DNA of 64,000 nucleotides from the NCBI GenBank assembly GCA_046597055.1, contig JBKJLC010000083.1, forward strand, positions 13,894-77,893. The letters run 5' to 3'. The notes under the pieces are model-generated. The model searched no databases. It was not told where the DNA came from and saw only the letters and a list, made by a program, of their open reading frames with translations. A program made the translations under genes and the position numbers. Positions 44,916 to 55,708 of this stretch are shown piece after piece; position 1 is the first letter of the stretch, and each line of letters begins with the position of its first letter. This stretch comes from Kofleriaceae bacterium (GTDB taxonomy: Bacteria > Myxococcota_A > Polyangia > Haliangiales > Haliangiaceae).

Positions 44916-46190
44916 CTACGCGCCGGCCAGCCGGAGCAGGATGGCGCGGGCCGCCTCGGGGCGGACGTCGCCGGCCGCGGCCATCTCGGCGGCGACATCG
45001 TCGACTTGCTCGGACGAGGCGCCGGCCGAGCGGGCGACGGCGCGGGCGTGCAGGGCCATGTGACCGCGCTGGATACCCTCGGTGGCCAGCGCGCGCAGGG
45101 CCGCGAGGTTGCACGCGAGACCCGCCGCGGCCGCCAGCGCGGCCAGGCGGGCGGCGCTGGCGGCGCCGGCCAGGCGCAGCGCCAGCCGGGCGCCGGGGTG
45201 GACGTGGAGCGCGCCGCCGACGGTGCCGACCGCCAGCGGCAGCTCGAGCTCGCCGAGCAGCGCGCCGGGCGCCTCGCGCCACACCGCGAGCGGCCGGTAC
45301 GCGCCGGTGCGCGCGGCGTAGGCGTGGGCCCCGGCCTCGACCGCGCGCCAGTCCTGGCCGGCCGCGAGCAGCACCGCGTCGATGCCGTTCATGACGCCCT
45401 TGTTGTGGGTCGCGGCTCGGTACGGATCGAGCTCGGCGAACCGTGACGCCGCGGCGATCGCGGCGCGGACCTCGTGGCCGGGAGTGTGCGCGTCGCCCAG
45501 GGCCGGGTCGGGCACCCGGCACGAGATCCGGACTGTCCGGCGATCGGACAAATTGGAAAGGATGCGCAGGCCGACCCGGCCGCGCGCGATGGCGGCCGCC
45601 TCGTCGGCCAGCCGCTCGCACAGCGTGTTGACCAGGTTGGCGCCCATCGCCTCGACGCAGTCGACGTCGAGGTGGATCACGACCACCCCGCCATCGAGGC
45701 CGGCGCGGGCCAGGATCCGGCTGGAGATCGCGACCGGACCGCCGCCGCGCGCGCACAGCCGGGGCGCGAGGTCGCGAGCGCGCGCGAGCAGGCGCGGGGC
45801 GTGGTCGGCGAGCGCCGCGGTCGCCGCGTCGACGTCGGCGACGTGCGTGACCTGGATCTGGCCGGTGACCACCGCCGGCGCCACCACCGCGGTGAAGCCG
45901 CCTCCGGCGCGGACCATGCGGGCGCCGTTGCCGGCCGCCGCGACCACCGACGGCTCCTCGACCACCATCGGGACCAGCGCGTCGACGCCGTCGACCGTGA
46001 AGTTGGTCGCGACCGCGAACGGCAGCGCGTAGCGGCCGAGCACGTTCTCGATCATGTCGTCGGCCGCCTCGAGCGTGAGGCCGTCGTCGAGGGCGTCGAG
46101 CTCGGCCAGCGCGAGGCCCGCCGCCTCTGCCACCCGCCGGCGGCGCTCGGCCACCGGGACCGCGTACAGGCCAGGCAGGCGAGACGACAT
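44916..46190 (-). CDS. mvaA: Class II HMG-CoA reductase
   Basis: ATG at 46190; MIENVLG, EEPSVVAAA, EAMGANLVNT, ILSNL, RAATHNKG, EGIQRGHMALH. Confidence 0.95.
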   Translation of the reverse strand: MSSRLPGLYAVPVAERRRRVAEAAGLALAELDALDDGLTLEAADDMIENVLGRYALPFAVATNFTVDGVDALVPMVVEEPSVVAAAGNGARMVRAGGGFTAVVAPAVVTGQIQVTHVADVDAATAALADHAPRLLARARDLAPRLCARGGGPVAISSRILARAGLDGGVVVIHLDVDCVEAMGANLVNTLCERLADEAAAIARGRVGLRILSNLSDRRTVRISCRVPDPALGDAHTPGHEVRAAIAAASRFAELDPYRAATHNKGVMNGIDAVLLAAGQDWRAVEAGAHAYAARTGAYRPLAVWREAPGALLGELELPLAVGTVGGALHVHPGARLALRLAGAASAARLAALAAAAGLACNLAALRALATEGIQRGHMALHARAVARSAGASSEQVDDVAAEMAAAGDVRPEAARAILLRLAGA

Positions 46191-46201
46191 GGGCTCGGAC
46201 C

Positions 46202-47131
46202 TTATGCCCCGTGCGGTCGGAAGTCCACGCCGGTCGGGTCGACCGCGAGCGGCAGGGGCGCCAGCGCCGCGGCCGCGATCACGTCGCGCAGCTCGCCCGG
46301 ATCGACCGTGGCCGGGGCCGCGATGACGACCACGTCGCCCCCGCCAGCGCCGGTGGTCTTGGCGGCGGCGCCGAGCCGGCGCAGCGCGGCCTGGAGCGCG
46401 GTCACCGCTGGGGGGACCAGGGCGACCCCGGTGGTGGTGGCGAGCGCGGCGAGCGCGCGACCGCCGGCGTCGATCGCGGCGATCGCGCGGACGGCATCGG
46501 GCGCGGCCGCGAGGTCGGCGGCGGCCGCGGCGATCGCGCGCAGGGCGTCCTCGACGCCGGGCGCCAGCCGGGCGCGCGCCGCCTGGACCGCCTTCACGAG
46601 CGTCGCGGTGTCGGCCGGGGCGCCGGTCCACACGAACGCGAGCTGCAGGTCGGTCGGCAGCGTGACCGGCTCGACCGCGCCGGCGCGAAAGCCGATCACG
46701 CCGCCGTGGGTCGCGGCCGCGATGTCGGCACCGCTGCCAGGCGCGCCACGCCGACCCTGCGCGCGCGCATGAGCGACGTGGGCCAGCCCGCGGATCACGC
46801 CCGGGTCGGTGACCCCGGCCAGCCCGCAGGCGAGGCCGATCGCGGCGACGGTGGCGGCGGCCGACGAGCCCAGGCCGAGCTTGCGGTCGCGATCGCGCAG
46901 CGGGTTGGTGTCGACGTCGATGCGGGCGAACGGCGCGGCCGCATCGACGCCGAGCTTCTCGGCGACCACGTCGCGGGCGGCGACCAGGAATGGCGACGGC
47001 GCCACCGGCGCGCGCGCGAGGGTCGCCCGGGCCCGGCGATCGACCGCGACCAGCACCGCCAGCCCGCCGTCGAGGACCGCGTACTCGCCGGCGAGCATGA
47101 CCTTGCCGGGTGCGGTCGCGACCGCGGTCAT
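46202..47131 (-). CDS. Phosphomevalonate kinase (GHMP family)
   Basis: APGKVMLAGEYAVL, KLGLGSSAA, GSGADIAA, KTTGAGGGD. Confidence 0.88.
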   Translation of the reverse strand: MTAVATAPGKVMLAGEYAVLDGGLAVLVAVDRRARATLARAPVAPSPFLVAARDVVAEKLGVDAAAPFARIDVDTNPLRDRDRKLGLGSSAAATVAAIGLACGLAGVTDPGVIRGLAHVAHARAQGRRGAPGSGADIAAATHGGVIGFRAGAVEPVTLPTDLQLAFVWTGAPADTATLVKAVQAARARLAPGVEDALRAIAAAAADLAAAPDAVRAIAAIDAGGRALAALATTTGVALVPPAVTALQAALRRLGAAAKTTGAGGGDVVVIAAPATVDPGELRDVIAAAALAPLPLAVDPTGVDFRPHGA

Positions 47132-48135
47132 GGGCCCGCTGCCTCGGCGATCACGACGGCTGGGCCCCCGGCGGCGGCGACGGTCACCGCGGTCACGCCC
47201 GGCACCGCGCGCATCGCGGCCGCGACCGCGTCGGCATCGGCGCGGTCGGTCAGGACCTTGACGTGGGGCCCGGCGTCCATCGTCGCCCACGCCATCCGGC
47301 CGGCGGCGCGCAGCCCGCGCACGGCCTCGAGCGCGGCCAGGCTCGCCGGCAGCCAGTAGATGATCGGCGGCCGCGACGCGATCGCGGTGGCGTGCATCGC
47401 CAGCGCGTCGTGCTCGGCGACCGCGCCCAGCGCGGCCAGATCGCCCGCCGCGATCGCCGCCTCGGCGCTGATCAGGTCGCGCGGGACCACCGCCAGCCAG
47501 CCGGGGTAGAGCGGCGAGGTCTCCGCACAGTGCTCCATCGCGTCGCGCGAGCCGTGGGTCTTGGCGACGCCGCCACCGATCTCGCATACGACCATGCGCA
47601 CCCGCGCCGCCAGCGCCGGCGCATCGATCGGCGTCGCGTAGGCGTCGTCCCCATCGGGACGCGCGCCGGCGTGCATGCGGACGAACCCGCCGTGGATCGA
47701 GCGCGCCGCCGAGCCCGAGCCGATCCGCGCCAGCCGCGACAGCGCCGCGGCGTCGAGCGTGAGCCCGGCCGCGCGGGTCGCCGCCAGCGCGAGCGCGGCG
47801 AACCCCGACGCCGACGACGCCAGCCCCGACGCGGTCGGGAAGTGATTCACCGTGTCGATCGCGGCGTGGGCGCGGGTGCCCGCGATCGCGCGGACCTGAT
47901 CGAGCCAGACGCTGGTGCGGGCCAGCACGCCGGCCGCGGCGGGCGCGCCGCCCAGCCGCATCTCGTCGGCGGGGAGGGCCGGGTCGAACCGCACGGTGGT
48001 GATCGTGGTCAGCGCGTCGAGCGTGAGCGACAGGCTGCCGGCCGCGGGCAGGTTGCGCGCGGCGTCGCGCTTGCCCCAGTACTTGACGAGCGCGATGTTG
48101 GCGCAGGCGCGGGCGGTGACAGGCTGGCCGATCAT
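47128..48135 (-). CDS. mvaD: Diphosphomevalonate decarboxylase
   Basis: NIALVKYWGK, GLASSASG, GSGSAARS, TMDAGPHVK. Confidence 0.95.
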   Translation of the reverse strand: MIGQPVTARACANIALVKYWGKRDAARNLPAAGSLSLTLDALTTITTVRFDPALPADEMRLGGAPAAAGVLARTSVWLDQVRAIAGTRAHAAIDTVNHFPTASGLASSASGFAALALAATRAAGLTLDAAALSRLARIGSGSAARSIHGGFVRMHAGARPDGDDAYATPIDAPALAARVRMVVCEIGGGVAKTHGSRDAMEHCAETSPLYPGWLAVVPRDLISAEAAIAAGDLAALGAVAEHDALAMHATAIASRPPIIYWLPASLAALEAVRGLRAAGRMAWATMDAGPHVKVLTDRADADAVAAAMRAVPGVTAVTVAAAGGPAVVIAEAAGP

Positions 48136-49051
48136 GGGGTTCCTCCGACGGTGGCGATGAAGCCGTCCTTGCCGAGCGCGCGCCAGCCCGCGAGCACCGC
48201 GTCCTCGCGGCCGGGCGCCAGCGCGATCACCGCGCCGCCACCACCGCCACCGGTGAGCTTGGCGCCGGCCGCACCGGCCGCGGTCGCGGCGGCGACCAGC
48301 TGGTCGAGCACCGGCGCCGACACGCCCAGCCGGGCCAGGCGCTGGTGGGCCTCCGCGAAGATCGCGCCCAGCTGGGCGTGATCGCGGGGCGCGTCCGCGC
48401 CGAGGAGCTGCGCAGCGGTCTCGGCGCTGGCGCCGAGCGCCGCCAGCTCGGCATCGACCGAGGTCGGGTGCGCGGCCCGCGCGGCGGCGACCCGCTCGAC
48501 CATCGCGGCGGTGGACCGCGGCTGGCCCGACAGCCCGATCACGACGGTGAGCGGGGCCGCCGCCAGCGGGGTCAGCCCGGCGCCGCGACGGAACAGGCCG
48601 AACCCGCCGCGGGTGGCGATCGCGACGTCGACCCCGCTCGGATTGCCGTGGAAGCAGCGCTCGGCGTGATCGGCGATCGCCGCGACCGCGTCGTCGTCGA
48701 GCTGGCGCCCGGTCGCCACCGCCAGCGCGCGGGTGATCGCGACCGCGAGCGCGGCCGACGAGCCCAGCCCGGCCCGCGCCGCCAGGTCGCTAACGCCGTC
48801 GAGCCCGAAGCCTCGCTCGAGGCCGAGCGCGCCCGCGACCGCGACCAGCGCGCGCGCGACCGGATGGTCGTCGTCGGCGCCCACGTCGATCGACCAGCCC
48901 GGCACCCGCAGCGCCAGCGGCCCCGGTCGCGCCGTCGCGATCAGCGCGACGCCACGATCGAGCGCGCCGGCCAGCGCCGGGTGGCCGTAGACCGCGGCGT
49001 GCTCGCCGACAAGGATCACCTTGCCGTGACCGCGGCTGGGCGCCGGCGGGG

Positions 49052-49055
<4 letters not shown>
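48132..49055 (-). CDS. mvk: Mevalonate kinase
   Basis: GKVILVGEHAAVYG, GLGSSAA, FHGNPSGVD, KLTGGGGGG. Confidence 0.93.
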
Positions 49056-50143
<1,088 letters not shown>

Positions 50144-50170
50144 GGGCCGTTTGTAGCACGCACCCCGGCG

Positions 50171-51052
50171 TCAGTAGACGAGCATCAGGATCACGACCGC
50201 CCACGCGCCCAGGTTGAGCAGGAACAGCGGGTCGCGCAGCATCGCGTCGGTCGGGCTGTGGCGGCCGGGGCGGACCAGCGTGAGCCAGGCGAACCGGGCC
50301 AGCCCGAACCCGCAGAACGGCGCGCTCCAGGGCAGGTCGCGGGTGCCGAAGAACTCGATGGTGTGCGGCGCGATCGTGTACAGCACGTAGGCGGTTGCGG
50401 TCGCCACGCCGAGCACGAACATGCCGAGGCGCAGCCAGCTCGGGCGGTAGCCCGCGAGGGCGGCGCGGGTGGTGGTGGCGTCGCGGCCGTCGCGGGCCGC
50501 CGCCGACAGCTCGTGGGCGCGCTTGCCCATCGCGAGGTAGGTCGCGAGCAGCCCGGTGCAGACCAGCAGCCAGCGTGACGGCGTGACCGCGATCGCCGCG
50601 CCGCCGGCCCCGACCCGCGCGATGAACCCCGACGCGATCAGCGCGACGTCGACAAAGGCGACGTGCTTGAGCCACAGGCTGTACGACAGGTTGACCGTGA
50701 GGTACGCCGCTGCCCACGCGCCGGTCTGCCACGACAGCAGCACGCACGTGAGCAGTGCGGACGCGGCCAGCGCGCCGGCGAGGATCAGCGCGGCCCGCTC
50801 CGACAGCTGTCCAGCCGCGATCGGGCGGTGCCGCTTGGTCGGGTGGACCCGGTCGGCCTCGACGTCCTTGATGTCATTGAAGGCGTAGACCGCGCCCGAC
50901 AGCGCGCAGAAGGCGGCCACGGCGAGCGCCGAGCGCACCAGGAACGCCTGCTCGAGCAGGTGCTTCGAGAACACCAGCGGCGCGAGCACGAACAGGTTCT
51001 TCACCCACTGGTGCGGGCGAAGCGTCAGGACAACAGCGCGGACGCTCGCCAT
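50171..51052 (-). CDS. UbiA family, decaprenyl-phosphate phosphoribosyltransferase-like
   Basis: LRPHQWVKNLFV, NDIKDVEADRVHPTKRHRPIAAG, GKRAHEL, SPTDAMLRD. Confidence 0.88.
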   Translation of the reverse strand: MASVRAVVLTLRPHQWVKNLFVLAPLVFSKHLLEQAFLVRSALAVAAFCALSGAVYAFNDIKDVEADRVHPTKRHRPIAAGQLSERAALILAGALAASALLTCVLLSWQTGAWAAAYLTVNLSYSLWLKHVAFVDVALIASGFIARVGAGGAAIAVTPSRWLLVCTGLLATYLAMGKRAHELSAAARDGRDATTTRAALAGYRPSWLRLGMFVLGVATATAYVLYTIAPHTIEFFGTRDLPWSAPFCGFGLARFAWLTLVRPGRHSPTDAMLRDPLFLLNLGAWAVVILMLVY

Positions 51053-51056
51053 GCGC

Positions 51057-52904
51057 CTAGGGCGTAGCAGGAACCGGTGCCGCAGGCTCACCAGTTCTGG
51101 GGCCGGTGCCCGCGCCCGTGCCGACCCCGGTTCCAATGGCCGCGCCCGTGCCGATCCCCACACCGGCGCCGGTGCCGGTGCCGGTGCCCGCCCCGGCGCC
51201 GTCGACCTTCGGCGCCGCGTCGTCGGCCGCGTCGTCATCGGCCTCGTCGTCATCGGCGTCCTCGAAGCTGCCGCCCTCCTCGTCGTCGTCCTCGAAGCTG
51301 CCGGTGTCGTCGAGCGACTTGCCGTACGCCTCGTACCAGTCGACGATCGCCTTGGTCTCGCACGCCTTCACCGCGTCGGCCGGCTGCGCCCGACACGCGG
51401 TCACGTCCGTGAACAGCCCCAGGCAGTTGTCGCGCTCGAACTCGTCGGTGATCGCGTTGCACTCCTCCTGCCGCTTCACCTTGCCGGTCGGGAGGGTGAC
51501 CTCCTTCACGTTCGAGATCGCGACCACGCTGCTGCGCACCAGCTGGACCAGCCCGTCGAGGTTGCCGCGCGGCTTGGGATCCGGGACCACGGTCAGCGCG
51601 GGCACGTAGGTGACCACCGCCAGCGCAACGATCATCGCGCCGATGAACGGCAGCACCGACCACACCACCTCGGTGACCGGCTTGCGGAACTTGAAGCTCG
51701 AGATGAACAGGTTGAGGCCGACCGGCGGGGTCAGGTATCCGATCTCGAGGTTGAGCAGGAAGATGACGCCGAGGTGGTACGGATTGACGCCGTACTCGTG
51801 AGCGATCGGCGCGACCAGCGGCAGCACGATCAGGATGGCCGAGAAGATGTCCATCATCATCCCGACCACGAGCAGCAGGCAGTTGAGCGCGAGCAGGAAC
51901 GCCTCGCGCGAGCCGATGTTGTCGCGGGTCCAGGCGACCAGCATCTTGGGAACGTCGGCGGTGACCAGGTAGTTGGTGACCGCGTTGGACGCGAACACGA
52001 TGATGAAGATCGCGCCGATCAGCGCCATCGACTCCTTGGTGATCACCCACAGGTGGATCGGCTTGACGTCGCGGTAGACCCCCATCTCGACGATCAGCAG
52101 GTACACGACGGTCATCGACGCGATCTGGGCGATGTCGCCCATCCCGATCGCGAGCGCCACGATGATCAGGAACGGCAGGGCCAGCTCGGGCAGCGCGACC
52201 GCGAACGAGCGGCCGAGCTCGCCGAGGTCGAAGCGCTGGCGGGGCAGCTTCTTCACCAGGGCGATCCCGATCACGACCATCGCGAGCATGCCGACCAGGA
52301 CGATGCCGGGCACGATGCCGGCCCACACGAACCGCTCGGTCTCCCACGCCCACAGCGGGTTCTGCTGGGCCCAGCTCTTGGTCAGGTCCTGCTGGAGCCC
52401 GAGCACGGTGCCGAAGATGAACAGCGGCAGCGCCGGCGGAAACAGCAGGCCGACCGAGCCAGTGCCGGTGACCAGGCCGAGCGCGAACCGCTCGGGGTAC
52501 TTCTGCTTGATCAGCGCCGGCATGAGCAGGCTGCCGAGCGCGATGATGGTCACGCCCGACGCGCCGGTGAAGGTCGTGTAGATCGAGCACGCGATGATGG
52601 TGACGATGCCGAGGCCGCCGGGCACCCACCCGAGCAGCGCGTTGGCGAACCGGACCAGCCGCTCGGCGGTCTTGGAGACCGCCATCAGGTAGCCGGCGTA
52701 GATGAACAGCGGGATGGTCGAGAAGATGGTCGCGGCGTCGCCGGTGCCCATCTTGAAGAACTCGTAGATGTACCCGCCGAAGTCGGCGTCGAACGGCCGG
52801 GGCCCGTCGTAGCCGCCGATGCCGACCAGAAATAGCATCACCGCGAACAGCGGCGCGCCGATGACAAAGGCGACGAGCAACCCGAGGAAGAGGAGCGTGG
52901 TCAT
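51057..52904 (-). CDS. TRAP transporter large permease DctM with long C-terminal extension
   Basis: IPLFIYAG, FTGASGVTIIALG, GLLFPPALP, GYLTPPVGLNLF; tail with four Cys, acidic run and Gly-Thr repeat. Confidence 0.92.
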   Translation of the reverse strand: MTTLLFLGLLVAFVIGAPLFAVMLFLVGIGGYDGPRPFDADFGGYIYEFFKMGTGDAATIFSTIPLFIYAGYLMAVSKTAERLVRFANALLGWVPGGLGIVTIIACSIYTTFTGASGVTIIALGSLLMPALIKQKYPERFALGLVTGTGSVGLLFPPALPLFIFGTVLGLQQDLTKSWAQQNPLWAWETERFVWAGIVPGIVLVGMLAMVVIGIALVKKLPRQRFDLGELGRSFAVALPELALPFLIIVALAIGMGDIAQIASMTVVYLLIVEMGVYRDVKPIHLWVITKESMALIGAIFIIVFASNAVTNYLVTADVPKMLVAWTRDNIGSREAFLLALNCLLLVVGMMMDIFSAILIVLPLVAPIAHEYGVNPYHLGVIFLLNLEIGYLTPPVGLNLFISSFKFRKPVTEVVWSVLPFIGAMIVALAVVTYVPALTVVPDPKPRGNLDGLVQLVRSSVVAISNVKEVTLPTGKVKRQEECNAITDEFERDNCLGLFTDVTACRAQPADAVKACETKAIVDWYEAYGKSLDDTGSFEDDDEEGGSFEDADDDEADDDAADDAAPKVDGAGAGTGTGTGAGVGIGTGAAIGTGVGTGAGTGPRTGEPAAPVPATP

Positions 52905-52908
52905 CGGT

Positions 52909-53487
52909 TCACCCAACTCCCTGATCGGGATCCGGCGCGACGCGCCCGTTCGACAGATACACGACCTCGATCGCGGCGTGCGCGAGCACGTGCAGCATGA
53001 TCAGCACCGCGCTCACCGGGATGAACCAGGCGAGCATCGTGACCGGCACCACCTCGTGCTGGGCCGGCTCGGTGCCGAGCTTGTCCTGGACCAGGCGGCC
53101 GCCGTAGAAGAGCAGCACCGCGGCCCCCGCCGTCAGCGCGTTGATGAGCAGCCGGAGCCCGGCCCGCCCGCGCGGCGGCAGGTAGCGCGAGATGAAGTCG
53201 AGCGAGAAGTTGCGCTTGAGGTGGGTCGCGTAGGCCGCGCCCAGCATCGCGATCGCGAAGACGGCGACCTTGATGAGCTCGATCGCCCACAGCGGTCGCT
53301 CGTTGGAGGCGAGGTCGATGATCGTCCGGTAGAAGCCGATCGCGACCAGCCCGGCGAAGGTGATCGCGATCAGCACCCGTTCCCCCAACCCCAGGTTGTC
53401 GTCGAGCTTCTGGATCGCGGCGGCCATCCGGGGCGGTGCCTCGGTCAGTCGATCGCCCGCAGTGGAAGACACACCAGGTTCGCTCAC
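52909..53487 (-). CDS. TRAP transporter small permease DctQ
   Basis: Four TM segments, MLGAAYATHLKRNFSLD; lies between dctP and dctM; start uncertain. Confidence 0.8.
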   Translation of the reverse strand: MSEPGVSSTAGDRLTEAPPRMAAAIQKLDDNLGLGERVLIAITFAGLVAIGFYRTIIDLASNERPLWAIELIKVAVFAIAMLGAAYATHLKRNFSLDFISRYLPPRGRAGLRLLINALTAGAAVLLFYGGRLVQDKLGTEPAQHEVVPVTMLAWFIPVSAVLIMLHVLAHAAIEVVYLSNGRVAPDPDQGVG

Positions 53488-53540
53488 CACCGCTTGAGCG
53501 TACGGGAACCCGCGCGCCGCGCTCAACCGGTGGGCCCTCA

Positions 53541-53575
53541 ATAATCAAAAGGCCCGGGCACTGGCCCGGGCCTTT
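53541..53575 (-). terminator. Intrinsic terminator or stabilising hairpin after dctP
   Basis: AAAGGCCCGGGC-ACTG-GCCCGGGCCTTT, followed on the minus strand by a T-rich tail. Confidence 0.8.
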
Positions 53576-53597
53576 CAGCTACCGCCCTGGGGCGAGG

Positions 53598-54614
53598 CTA
53601 CTTCGCGTTCTTCGCGCGGTAGTCGGCGCGGTGCTTGAGCACGAGGTCGAGCTCGGCCTGGGAGTAGACCTTGCCGACCAGCTCCTTCCAGACCTCCTGC
53701 GCCGCCTTGTCGAAGTTGGCGGCCATGTCGGCCGGGGTCTCGGTGATCTTCACGCCCTTGCGCTCCATCTGCTTCTTGGCGCTCTCGTTGTCCTTGCGGA
53801 TCTGCTTGCGCAGAATCTTGGACATGCCCTTGGCGATCTTGGTGATCATCTTCTGGTCGTCGGCCGACATCTTCTTGAGGACGTCGTTCTTCACGACCGT
53901 CGCCCCGATCGCGTAGCTCATCGGCAGCGAGGTCATGTACTTGACCTTGGTGTTCCACTGCAGCGCGACCGCGGCCAGCGGCGAGCCGTAGCACGCGTTG
54001 ATGCGGCCGGTCGCCAGCGCCGGCTCGACCTCGGGCACGCCGAGCGGGACGCCCGACACGCCGAGCTTCTTGTACATGGCGCGGACGATGCCGTCGTCGC
54101 CCCACAGCCAGACCTTCTGGTTCTTGAGGTCGGCGAGCGACTTGATCTCGTTCTTCGACATCACATAGACCCAGCCGACCTCGCCGCGGTCCTGGAGCCG
54201 GAAGCCCTTGGCGTCGAACTTCTTCTGGAAGTACGGCCACATCTGGTCGGCGACGAAGTCGAGCTCCTGGACCGTCGCGAACATGCGCGGCAGCTCGAGC
54301 ACCCGGATGCTCTCGTCGATCATCGACAGGCCGACCGAGGTCAGCGCGGCGCCGTCGAGCTGGCCGAGGTTGATCTTGCGGACCACGTCGCGCTCGTCAC
54401 CCTGGACGCCGCCCGCGTAGTACTTGACCTTGACCCGGCCCGTCGTCTTCGAGTCGATCTCGACCGAGCCCTTGCTCAGGATCTTCATCCACGAGCTGCC
54501 ATCGGGGGCCAGCGTGGCCATGCGGATTTCGATGTTGTCGGCGGCGGCGGTGCCGACGGTAGCGGCGGCGACCAGGGCGGCCGCACCAAAACGAACGAGG
54601 CTGGGATAACGCAT
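53598..54614 (-). CDS. TRAP substrate-binding protein DctP (TatP-like)
   Basis: ATG at 54614; signal peptide; MATLAPDGSSW, GGVQGDE, GQLDGA. Confidence 0.92.
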   Translation of the reverse strand: MRYPSLVRFGAAALVAAATVGTAAADNIEIRMATLAPDGSSWMKILSKGSVEIDSKTTGRVKVKYYAGGVQGDERDVVRKINLGQLDGAALTSVGLSMIDESIRVLELPRMFATVQELDFVADQMWPYFQKKFDAKGFRLQDRGEVGWVYVMSKNEIKSLADLKNQKVWLWGDDGIVRAMYKKLGVSGVPLGVPEVEPALATGRINACYGSPLAAVALQWNTKVKYMTSLPMSYAIGATVVKNDVLKKMSADDQKMITKIAKGMSKILRKQIRKDNESAKKQMERKGVKITETPADMAANFDKAAQEVWKELVGKVYSQAELDLVLKHRADYRAKNAK

Positions 54615-55552
54615 CAGAAGAGCTCCTTTTCCATCCTGAGGTAACGACGCGCCTTGCGATGCGCGATCTCGTTGGCAAGCCGCTGCTCCGGCCAGATCGC
54701 CGGGTCGGTCTGGAGCACCTTGAGCAGCTGCTCCCGGAACAACTTGCGGTCCTGGGTCATGACGCCGACCCGACGTGCATAATGCACACGCGCGAGCAGA
54801 AACTTGTCTTTGGTGAGCGCGAGGGCCCGGAGGAAGTGGGCCTCGGCCTTCTTGGCGTCGCCACCGAGCTGGGCGCCGGCCGCGGTGTAGACCAGGCCCA
54901 GGGCGACGTGCGGGGTCGCCGCGATCATCTCGTCCTTGGGCAGGCGCGTGGCGTCCATCTCGACGATCTTCAGCAGGATCCGCTTGGCGGTCGGCAGCTG
55001 CGAGACCATCTCGACGTTGTCCTTGTTCTGGTTGATCATCGCACCCATGGCGATGCCGGCCCACATCATGGGCACGCGCTGGCCGCCGCCGGCGCTGTTG
55101 ACCAGCTTCTCGACGGTCTCGTTGTCGCTGAACAGTTCCTTCTGCCAGCGGCCGCCCAGGCTCTTGAGCGCGTAGTTCATGCAGCGGATGAACATCTTGG
55201 TCGCGCGGGTCGAGTGGTACTGGGCGGTGTCGTAGTCCTTGCGGGCGATCGCCTCCTCCCACTCGTCCTCGACGAAGCCGATGCCGTACTGGCAGTAGCC
55301 TTCGGTGAGGATCGCGATCAGCTTCGCGTTGCTGGGATCGACGATCCAGAAGCCCTCGACCGTCTTGAGCGTGCCCGGCAGCGCCCGCGCGGCGAGCTCG
55401 TAGTCGGACTCTTGCTTGATCGAGGGCTGGGCGCGGGCGAGCACCTTCGACGTCGTCTTGACGGTGAACTGGCCCATGTCACAGGCCGCGCTCGTGCTGG
55501 CGACCAGCGCGGCGACGGTCGCGGCGAGCAGTGTCCGGATGTCCTGGCGCAT
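54614..55552 (-). CDS. TRAP transporter T-component (TatT) lipoprotein
   Basis: Lipobox SAAC; ESDYELA..ALP..LKTVEG, GGDAKKAEAHF, LANEIAHRKA..ELF; coupled to dctP. Confidence 0.85.
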   Translation of the reverse strand: MRQDIRTLLAATVAALVASTSAACDMGQFTVKTTSKVLARAQPSIKQESDYELAARALPGTLKTVEGFWIVDPSNAKLIAILTEGYCQYGIGFVEDEWEEAIARKDYDTAQYHSTRATKMFIRCMNYALKSLGGRWQKELFSDNETVEKLVNSAGGGQRVPMMWAGIAMGAMINQNKDNVEMVSQLPTAKRILLKIVEMDATRLPKDEMIAATPHVALGLVYTAAGAQLGGDAKKAEAHFLRALALTKDKFLLARVHYARRVGVMTQDRKLFREQLLKVLQTDPAIWPEQRLANEIAHRKARRYLRMEKELF

Positions 55553-55708
55553 GCGATTGGGATCCCTTGCAAGACGGAGATGGAGCGGTCTGGATTCAGC
55601 CGCCCCCCCGGTTCATGCGGAGGATCCGCAGCTCCCGGGACAGCGGCGAGGCTAAGTGAGCGTAAGGCGCGAGTCAAACCCCAGGCGCTGCCTGCTACAC
55701 TCCGCCGC

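Noticed and set aside
44275..44998. Low-complexity ORFs (LPLPLP, AAASAS) between hpnC and HMGR
   Set aside because: Translations of hexamer repeats open in several frames, with no coding signal
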